Position numbers and translations under genes: made by a program
NCBI GenBank assembly: GCA_951406725.2
Contig: OX597818.1
Span: forward strand, 139,934,001-139,998,000
Length of the DNA stretch: 64,000 bases
DNA from: Octopus vulgaris
Taxonomy: Eukaryota
Direction: 5' to 3'
Notes under the pieces: model-generated
What the model was told of the DNA's origin: nothing
Database searches by the model: none
What the model saw: the letters and a program-made list of their open reading frames with translations, nothing else
In this document: positions 53,923 through 64,000 of the stretch, one piece after another
Layout of the letters: every line of letters begins with the position of its first letter
Position numbering within the stretch: position 1 is the first letter of the stretch

Positions 53923-54910
53923 ACACACACATATACACTTACCTGTTAGGTGCGCGCATGCTTGCAGGCACACACACATGATACATGTATAAATATAAAC
54001 TTGTTTGTCTGGGAACCAAGTTTTTGCGATCTTTCCTCTACGGCGAAATACAAGAAGCCAACGATTGATCATAATGGAAACCTTTAACCAACTCTTCCGC
54101 TGTTTTTCATCAATTGGCATATAATAATAGAATCGTTTTTCGACATTCCGTCCTGCAGACTAACTATAACTGCGGAAAGTGGAACGAACTAGATGAAGAG
54201 AACGCAATAATTTTATACGAAGCTGTTATAGTTTTCTTTAAGTCTACGCGCTAACACTCTACGGATTACAAAATATGTGGATTTTATTCCTTTCCTAATT
54301 AGTACATACATCGATGTAAATAAACTTCAGCTGGGAATTGAAACCTAAATCCTGACTCCCTTAGGATATAGTTTATTGTTTGCAGTACACCGCTTACCAA
54401 TAAGCAATGCATTATAAAAATCTCTTTAAGGCAATTTATTTTACTGCTATTAAATATCTCCTCGATGATTTCTTCCTCTCTGTTTCCCCTCTCTTATTTA
54501 ACAAGCTATTGCCAATGAGATTTGTTAATGGCGAGATATGAAGAATTCTGAATATACACACATACATTTTTTTTCTTTTTATTTTCCTGGATGTTGATAT
54601 CGATAGTTTTGTTAATGTCACAATTAGCAATTATTTCATTTTCTGTAATAGAGGCTTTGGCCGACAAAAATAAAAGCGAAAATAAATGAAGAAATACATT
54701 TAGAATAAGATAGTGAAAATAAAAGTCGAGGATTAAAACGAGAGGAAATAAACGAAAATTAGCGCAATAATCTATCATTCTTTACATTTACACATCCATC
54801 TTTCCGTTCGACCATCCATATCTACACCCGTTGATATATATACGTACATATAAAAATAAACGTACGTATACATGAGTATGTATGTATGTATGTGAATATA
54901 CATATACATA

Positions 54911-55025
<115 letters not shown>

Positions 55026-55106
55026 ATGGATATATGCATGTATATACGCACATGAATATATACATACATATATATATGCGTGTTTCTGTGTGTGTGCTCA
55101 TCCGTG

Positions 55107-55141
<35 letters not shown>

Positions 55142-55216
55142 CATACATATATATATGTATGTATGTATGGATGTATATATATATATATATATATATATAC
55201 ATACATACATACATAC

Positions 55217-55254
<38 letters not shown>

Positions 55255-55365
55255 ATTCATTCATTTATCCTTTCATTCAAAGATACGCACATGCATACAG
55301 ATAAGCTTCCGGTCTTACTTCCATCAATGTATCCATCAGTACGCTGACAAACACGCGATCATACA

Positions 55366-55397
<32 letters not shown>

Positions 55398-55864
55398 CAC
55401 ACACAAACACACGTACACGCACACACACACACACGTACGTATATTGGATATGGAAGAATCGGCCATTATTTTCATTAGTCTTATTTCTGTGTAACCAAAT
55501 TTCTATTACCGTTCCCACATTAACGTTAACTGTGATACTTCGTTATGTTTGTTCAATACTTCAATGCTTCTCGCTGACTTCATGACAATTACACTACCTC
55601 AATTGGCAGAATCAATAAAGTGTCAGACAAAATACCTTGTGATACTAAGTTGGGTCACTTTTGATATTCAGTTATGCTGAGACAATCTTTGCTTTTCATC
55701 TTTTCATCTAATATAATTCGAGTACCAATTCTGTTATTGATATAACCAACTGTACCCCTTTCCAAAATATATGTGGTCTTGAGAAGCATCTTTCTAGAAT
55801 ATGAGTAAAACATCAACAGCCACAGCAAGAACAACAGAAAAATATAATCCAAAATACACGGGTA

Positions 55865-56345
55865 ACAATCAGACCTCGTTTTCTCTCTCTAACTCATCGC
55901 CAAATAACGAAGAGAAGTAGAGGAACCCGAGGCGCGGTAAGTGGTCGCTGGCAGGACAAATCAAAACAAGACAAAACGAAACAAACCAAAACAAAACAAT
56001 AAACGAGAGGGTATGTCTGTGCACAAATGAAATACAATGTGAAAAATGACAACAAAAACAAAAAAACCCTGCCACACACGCAAACTAGTCACCCATCCTT
56101 TACCGAAGAGAGAATGTTTTTCAATAGGGCCGACCATCGGTACGTGGCAGTAGTCGTAAAAGCAGACAAGTTCTGCTGCGTTTTCAAGTGTTTGATCGCA
56201 GTACTGCAGTAACACATGCTCGGTTGTTAACGGCGACTTCTCCGAACTACTTGGTCTTTAGCAATGTTCCTCTCTCTTGTCTCTCTTATTCGTGGTGGCT
56301 TTTAAATTATTGCTGCGGACGCAAAGGCTCTTTCGCGTAATGAAA
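55865..56345 (+). promoter_or_regulatory. Non-repetitive CpG-enriched segment with a strong 5' splice donor; possible first exon or regulatory region
   Basis: gaggcgcg|GTAAGT at 55937. Local CpG enrichment relative to the flanks and no TE similarity noticed. Confidence 0.25.
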
Positions 56346-56370
56346 GAAGGCATTTGGGTTTGACTTAAGG

Positions 56371-56765
56371 TCATTTATAACTCATGCTTCTTTGTCTGCT
56401 TTCTCCCTCACATAGGATTGTTTCAGCCTTTTTTCGATCTATATCAGTGTTGTTTTTAGGCGGGACGTTTCGCTGCTTTTTAGGATGTTGGTTGAGTCGA
56501 TTTGCAACCTTCGTCCGTCGTCTCATGAGGATCTTACTATCTCTTGGAATCTTGCTCCTATTTGTTTTGGCTTTGTGCTCTGGGACATATTTCTGGCATA
56601 TGGCTTGCACAGAAGACATGAAACATTCTAGTTTCATGTCAATGTCTGGTGTGGAGAGACATTTCGGCCAGTCCTCTCTGAGGATCTCGTTTTGGATCGA
56701 TTTCCAATCTGCTTTGTGGAAGTTCAGACTGGAGAGATTTCGGGTACTTCCTTTAGGCTCTAGTA
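56371..56765 (-). mobile_element. CR1-group LINE fragment (endonuclease-RT linker)
   Basis: LNFHKADWKSIQNEILREDW...F....QAICQKYVP. Confidence 0.8.
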
Positions 56766-57680
56766 ATTGTAGCTGTTGTTGTTTGAACCCAGTAGTAGTG
56801 GTTCTGCAGAAAACAGTGGGGAAGTTGTTGTTTTGCCAAAATGACACAAAGGAGAGAAGAATGAATACAATTCTGATATCACACAGAAACAATCACGCCC
56901 CTCACAAAACAAACAAAAAGCCATTTCATTCATGAGATACTATGCGTCGTTTTTAAAATGAAACAATGTCGTAGGCATCGTTATAATGATAGTCTTTCGG
57001 ATCCTGTCTAAAATAAAAACATTCACCATTGTCTTAGATTAGTTTCGCAGTGTGTGTTGGTTTGATAGTTTCTCAATAATAGAAACAATTTTTGCATATT
57101 ATGTTGTGGAATTTTTCTTCCAGAGCAATATACGGATGCCACCTATTTTTATAACTCGGATTCGTCTGCCATCTTTAAATTTCATGTGATCACAGTGTTG
57201 TATATAAATGTTTTGAATTTAAAGCTTTCAGGAGAAAAGAAAATTGCTGATACATCAGATGTTTCTTCCTATTGTGGTATTTGAAAGCTGAAATTTTGGT
57301 TCACACTTTTCCAAGAATTAAGAAAACGTTTCTTTCGTTTTGGAAATAAGATAAAGGTTTTTTTCGTATTCTATTCCATGTATAAACAAATACCGCTCAG
57401 AAAATTATCAAATAGAATTACGGCGTCATAGTAAAACGGAAATTTTCTGTTGAAGATGTGTCAGTGTTTGTATTTTTATAGAAAATCTTTTCTTATAAGT
57501 GGGAAACATCAGTTCTATATTTTCTATCTTTTTACCTTTTATTTGTTTCTGTCATTGTTTCGCGATGTTGATGTGGCAGTTCTTTGAAATGTTTTAGTGG
57601 GAAGAATGCACCCCAGTAATTATATAGATATATATACCTACACAGTCTTGTTTTTTTTTTTTTATCTTATTACGCAAAAA

Positions 57681-57721
<41 letters not shown>

Positions 57722-58114
57722 TATTAAACCTCGTACATAATCTATTAGTCTGTTATTCCGAACCACTAAAATACAGGACCATAAGCAAAACGGCGGTATA
57801 TCAAACAGAAACAGTGAGAGAACAAATACAAGTTCCCAAATGCACACACAAAATCAGGTGCACACCTGTACAGGCAGGCACACAGACACACACACGCACG
57901 ACTTGGTGAGCATTAAACATTCAAGTTGTAAGTTGTACATGAGAAAATGTTGGCTAACTAGAAGCCATCTGCATTTTGGAAGAGACTTGCCTGGATCATG
58001 ATGATTAGTACCGGCTGTCAAAATGTCGATATCATGAACTCTGCTCAATGGTCTGTGAACACTGTAAAGGCTATAACACGTAACATGGAGCTCATGAAAA
58101 CGTTGTTTTTTTTA

Positions 58115-58678
58115 TTACGTCTCCAGTGTGAGTGACGTCTCGCTGCCCCGCAACATTTAACAAGGCCTTTGACATAAATTCAGACGGCTATGTAAAGCTG
58201 ATGGTGACTGGATAGAGTTGCTGGTGGAAGGCTGTTGCTGCTGGAAGGCATCAAGTTTCGGCTACTTGTCATACTTCCGGAAAGTGACAGAGGTGGTTGT
58301 CACAGAATTTCTACAGCTTCACCAGCTTCAATTTCTAGCCTCTTAATTCTCCCGATTGTAATCCCATGGATTACTATGTGTAGGATGCAGTTCAGAATGA
58401 CATCAACCGCTCTGCCTGTAACACTAAAACTGAGTTGTTGGCCAAGATCAAGGAGGTGTTCGAAGACCTTCCCAGGGACATAGTGAAGAACGCATACTCC
58501 AGGTTCGGGAGCCACTTTAAGACCATGGTGGAAGCTGGAAGCAGCTAATTTGAGTAAACTGTTATTTCCCAGCTATAATGTAGTTGATACGTTTTCATTT
58601 TTTAAAACATACTTGTATCATTAGATTATGTTTTCTTTTCGTTTTATATAAACTGTCAAATTTAGACCGACCACCCTG
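58115..58678 (+). mobile_element. Tc1/mariner (DD37D/maT-like) transposase 3' remnant with right TIR
   Basis: HTS.K.QRWLSQNF...F*PLNSPDCNPMDYYV*...NTKTELLAKIKEVFEDLPRDIVKNAYSRF...VEAG. Terminus caccctg-TA. Confidence 0.85.
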
Positions 58679-58681
58679 TAT

Positions 58682-58850
58682 ACATACGACGGGCATGTTT
58701 TAGGTTTCGTGTATCCATCAACTAACAAGGCTTTGGTCGATAACTAGAAGCTATAGCAGAAGAAACTTAATACAAGTTTCACATAGTGGGACTGACACCG
58801 GAACCATGTATATGTGAAGCATACTTCTTACCACCCTGCCACGCCTGGGC
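58682..58850 (-). mobile_element. SINE group A 5' half, diverged
   Basis: tacgacgggc...aaggctttggtcg..gctatag.agaaga..agtgggactga.accggaaccatgt. Confidence 0.75.
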
Positions 58851-59647
58851 CCATAAGCCACGTATCGCTGTTTGGAGGCACCAACCTGCATGAGAATCTA
58901 TATTCACGCAGGTTGCACATTCTAGGAAACTTTTCAAAACCAAAACGGCTGATCATTATTAGAATACCGAAATATTATTAGCATCAAGATATTTAACACT
59001 CAATATTAAGGAGCTTTTGAGCAACAGACAGCATCGAGTTTCACATTAACTGTTAATATTACAGTTATACAATTTTCTTTTTTTATTGTACTTCATTTAA
59101 CACCATTAAATGCAGCATGTTCATACAGTTTATGTATGAAAGAAGATTTGTATCTTTTCAATACAGTCAAAATATGCCCTGAATGAAATAAATTATCACT
59201 AAATTGAATTCTTTGATTACTAACTAGAATCCTTCACTAAGCAAAATTATTTCTGGCATGTGTCATTCATTGATTTGATTAAAGCTATCATTGGTTGCAT
59301 TTAAATCGATAATCCCCTATTGCAAATATTTTCCGTGGAATTTACCCATTAATACTTTATCTACCCTGAGATGCACGAAAAAGGAAAAAAACAAAACAAA
59401 ACAAATTACTAAATCCTATTCCAAACAATCAAAACCAAATTATATACGAGAGAACCCAATTCACCTAATATTTGAGAATGTATTAGTTGTAAGTTGCTCT
59501 TGTTAGACTGCAGCCCCAGCGCAGCTTTGAGCGAGAGGTGCTAATAGATAAGATATTCCAACCAAGACAGCCCGCTATTTTGGGGGAATATCAAAGAACC
59601 TAATCCACTTAGCCGTTGCTTGAAAGGTTTGGTACCGATATCTATAG

Positions 59648-59725
<78 letters not shown>

Positions 59726-60064
59726 TAAATATTTCATCGGGAAGACAAAGTGTACTGTAAGCTCTATTTAGCACGACGATCGATCCGTGTTACTGATCCT
59801 TCGTGAGTGGGGAACGACATAATGGAATGGAATGCACTCCACAGTGCAGAAGGAATCTCATCAGGTTACATAATACGTTATAGTGTTATAATTTGTACAT
59901 TTCAGTACTGTGTTAGGTAGGATGGTTTTGGTATGATGCATGCATTTATAGTAGTTCACAAATCCATCAGTGAGGATGGTGTATATTCGGGGAGTGGTTG
60001 GTAAAGAATGTAAAGAAACAAATAAAAAGAATAAATGGCAAAGGTCAGAATGGTTTTGAATGTG

Positions 60065-60102
<38 letters not shown>

Positions 60103-60110
<8 letters not shown>

Positions 60111-60435
60111 TAACAATAATTAAGGGTTTAGCAACAAGTTGCTTCACCACATACCGAAAATTTAGAAATAGCAGCCAAAAGACCGTTATTTCTTTACACC
60201 ACAAAATATGACTCCACAGTTAACACTACCTTTAACTCACATAGGTAAAAAGAATGGAAATAATGAAATCAAACAGTCTTCGATTAATAATGGACCCTTA
60301 ATTATTGTTATAATTATATATAAAACTTCTTGTATAAATTTTTACCGAATATGGTTCTTTTCCATACTGAAACTACTTGGTAAGATTTATTAATTAAAAT
60401 TATTAATTTTTTACCCTATGTCTATAATGATTATA
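60103..60435. mobile_element. PLE-LTR-end-like insert inside (TA)n with an internal inverted repeat
   Basis: ataattataacaataattaaggg (~60103-60126) is inverted at ~60295-60318. The right end resembles the reverse complement of 40397-40440. (TA)n on both sides. Confidence 0.5.
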
Positions 60436-60437
60436 TA

Positions 60438-60487
<50 letters not shown>

Positions 60488-62602
60488 TGAGCTGCGTAAA
60501 CTATTATAAAGTGATGATCGTATTGCATCCTCTAAATTCACTGGTTTACTTAGAAATCGTTCAAATAAGTTAGCAGATTGACAACAGATTCCCGCGGTGT
60601 CGATATGATCGACTAAAACTCTTGAAAGAAGGGTTGCAGCGTTACCCAAGTTCAAAGACCAAACATACAAAATAATAAATAATGCCAGAGTAAATAGATG
60701 AATTATTATGTCAAATAGAGTATGCAGCAAATACCTCCCAGATTCACCATGATAAACGATTCAACAACGACGCATAGTGTGCACTAGTGTTTAAACAGTG
60801 ATTAAATAATTATCCATGTGAAGACACGTTTACCACTTGCCTATCTTCATTAGCAGTAGTGTGCGGCAGTAAAATCTGTGGGATTTATTTTTCTGCTATA
60901 ACCACAATATTATGTTCTGAGAAAATTAACTTCGAAAGTTTGAAGTTTGAACTTTTTGTAAGCGCGAAGTAAAAGTATTCCCTACTGGTTCAGTGTATAG
61001 CAATTAGAATAAAATTGTACTTTCGATTAATTAAGACAAGTTATTAAAACTCAATCTGTTGAAGCTTACTGAATGAATATTTATTCTATGTGCCGAACGC
61101 ATTATATCGTATCTGCACAATTAACTCAACAATCGTTCAATATGTTTTATTTTGTTCGTCTCCTACTTTTCGTAATTTTCTAACGACAGTTCAAAATTAT
61201 TTTATAATTATGTGACATCCAAGGTGCAGCAAAGGCTTCCCAGATTCAAATTGACAAACAACTAAACAGCGAGCGCAAAGCGTACGTTGTTGCTGAAAGA
61301 ACGGTGAAACATTAGCCACATGATGGTAATTTTCAAGACAACTTTAAGCATATAGAAACAGGTTAAAATTGAAATCCAGAACTGAAACCGTGTTGGATGC
61401 AAACTCAGTTGAAAGAGTGTTTATGATCCACATTTTGCTAATCAAATAAACATTAGGTAAGACTGAAAATCGATTTGAATATAAAACACTGGAGACTATA
61501 ATTAATTGCTTTATTTAATGAAGAAATATAATTGAGGATATTTCAGGTCTTCTCACTGGTAGTATTGAAGAACAACGAGGGTTTGTGTTTACACAAGCAC
61601 AAATTAGTGGAAGTTTGCGATATTTATTGGTTCTTCAGCAATTACAAAGACTGGTACTAAGCAAGTCGCGGTTACTGCCTTTATTTATATCGATTATTGA
61701 ACAAGTTGTCCACACACACACGCTCACACAGGCATATACACACACACACACATACGCGCACACATACACACACATGTATATGTATGTATGCATATAAATA
61801 TAAGATCCAGAGATCAAAGTGTAGGAAGAAATTTAGCTTCGAGTAATCCTAGTAAATATGAAAATTAACTTTCAGGAACAATAGTAGTTTATTGACTCAG
61901 AAGGTTGCAGATTATTTTTCGTTATCGAAGAACGATGAGCAGGAAAGAACGTACTTTTTATATCCTAAGGTAGGTGACCAGGGTTGCCGAGTGTGCGACA
62001 AAGAATACAAGAGTTACAGAATGGAGTAGGAAAAATCCGGGCTACATATGTTTCATAGCGAGGGGAACACCAGGAGTGGTAAAATCCAAGTGAGGTGTAT
62101 AATGCCAAGGATATCTTGATTAGATTAAAGGCTACATTGTAGCGAGGAGGTTCATGTTGGCACAAAAAGGATTCAATCAGAATGCGTGGGTATATAAATA
62201 TGCATTAGATGAAGGGGACAAAGAAGAGAAACAAAAAATAAAGGAGTAAATAAAACAAAATAATCTATAGAGGAGTGAAAGGAATGAGGATTTGATCAGG
62301 TCAATAATAGATGATATAGCAGTTTCTTCTTTCATCTGTCAATTTTGCAGATGGTCCTTACAGTTTCGAGCAGGTACACTTCAGATTGTACAAATCTGGT
62401 TGGCTCCAAAAGGCAAGCTATATCAGATTCGTTCCCGTTTTTCAGTTACCCTTATAGTTTAGATCTGTTGGATCATGCAAATGAATATGTACATCCTGTG
62501 ATCCTCGAATATCTTTTCAGGCAAACTGTATATAAGACTACACTATATTATAAGAACTATATATACAATTACATTCACACAGACACACGCATTTATATTT
62601 GG

Positions 62603-62651
<49 letters not shown>

Positions 62652-62789
62652 ACTCTTACAAATAGTACAATTAATAACAACAATTGTAATAATAAAACTG
62701 ATGGTGGTGATAACGTTAATAATATGAAGAATCTAGACTTTTCTACACCATTTTTTAACCTCTCTTCTGACAATATTACCTCTTCCATT

Positions 62790-63240
62790 CCTGAACACAA
62801 TCCCCAGAATTCGCCTAATTGTAACTACCGTCCTGGAACCATCTGCCCGTTACAAACCCATGCAGAAGATATAATGTAATTTACAAATGCACTGTTCTTA
62901 ATCTATTACACAACAGCATTATACATAGGATCAACCAAAAATTTTTAAACAACGATATGCCGCACACCTCCATTCTTTTAGATACCATAAACATAGTAAA
63001 TCTACAACACCCGCTAACCACATACATCATCTCAAAAATACAAATCTACCCTATATTTTATCATGGTCCATACTGGATTCGGGGCTTCCTTACCGAGGCC
63101 AAGGCTCAACCTGCAAACCTTGCCCGAGGGAGGCGCTTCACATATTGAAGCACAAATCTCCAACACTGCTAAATAAACATAATGACGCACTAAGCACATG
63201 TAACCACCGCTTTTTTGTACCACAAATCCAAATGCCTAAA
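62790..63240 (+). mobile_element. Penelope-like element GIY-YIG endonuclease fragment
   Basis: CNYRPGTICPL...NVIYKCTV...LYIGSTK.FKQRYAAHLHSFR....STT.ANHIHHLK...Y.LSWSIL....Y......CKPC.REALHIL...LLNK....STCNHR, with frameshifts. Confidence 0.88.
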
Positions 63241-63681
63241 TGACCATACAGGATATTTCCACAATACCCTTTAGGTAATCCGAATAAACTGCCCTCTCCT
63301 TCACTGATGTAAATCACCCTCTCACTACCTTTCCCTCAGACTAATACTTTTTACAGCCTTCTCATTTTATCATAATATTCACCCAACGCCCCTGAGGGAC
63401 ACATTATTGATATTTATTGAAATCCAATAAGCCGATTATTGAACTGGATATTAGTGTAACATGTGTGCAAAGTTTCATGAATATTGGTTCGCTGGTTTAG
63501 ACACTAACATGGTAGCAGACAGATAGACAACTCTCTGCCAGCTTCACAATCCATATGTCACTTTATATAAATCAGTATGTTTTTCGAAATGTATTGCATT
63601 ATACCTCTCTTTCTCAATCATGGATTCAGCCAATGAATGTGGCTCTTTAGCAATAAAATCTCGACATTATTGTATATATAT

Positions 63682-64000
63682 AGCACTCCATCGGTTACGA
63701 TGACGAGGGTTCCAGTTGATCCTATCAACAGAACAGCCTGCTTGTGAAATTAATGTGCATGTGGTTGAGCACTCTACAGATACGTACACGTGTGCCCTTA
63801 GCGTATTTCTCAGAGAGATTCACCATGACACAGAGAGTGACAACGCTAACCCTTTTAAATACGGTTACTACTTATTTTTTCCAGCTGAGTGGATTGGATT
63901 AACGCGAAATAAAGTGTCTTGCTCAAGGACACAACGCGTCGCCGGGAATTGAACTCACGACCTTACAATAGTGAGCCGAATATCTTAACTGCTAAGCCGC
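63682..64000 (-). mobile_element. CORE-type SINE (group C) sharing its 3' half with 32795-33174; cut by the window end
   Basis: Tail agcactcc.tcggttacga.g..gaggg, core ccagctgagtgga..tgctcaaggacacaacgc, tRNA-like head. Confidence 0.88.

Noticed and set aside
59785-59868. Minus-strand ctgatga with gatccttc/gaaggatc stem
   Set aside because: GAAA and cleavage triplet are absent; at best a decayed relic.

Overview
AT-rich, microsatellite-saturated eukaryotic DNA, intergenic or intronic. It is most likely octopus (coleoid cephalopod), inferred from the SINE families and repeat landscape. I recognise no intact host protein-coding gene, tRNA, rRNA or CRISPR array, and almost all listed ORFs are microsatellite translations. 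The window is a transposon graveyard: three abundant tRNA-derived SINE groups, LINE fragments (Tx1/L1, R4/Dong and a second RLE family, RTE, CR1-group), Tc1/mariner remnants and MITEs, a possible LTR-retrotransposon 5' end, and many Penelope-like element (PLE) pieces (RT, GIY-YIG, pseudo-LTRs). The most notable signal is a dense set of type I hammerhead ribozyme (HHR)-like motifs next to (TA)n tracts. These include a ~550-bp tandem unit with one HHR per unit (retrozyme-like, 47911-48698) and motifs with non-canonical cores (CCGACGA, GUGAACAG). A SINE also appears to share its 3' tail with the Tx1 LINE in this window. Coordinates of degenerate elements are approximate, and all structures were folded by eye.
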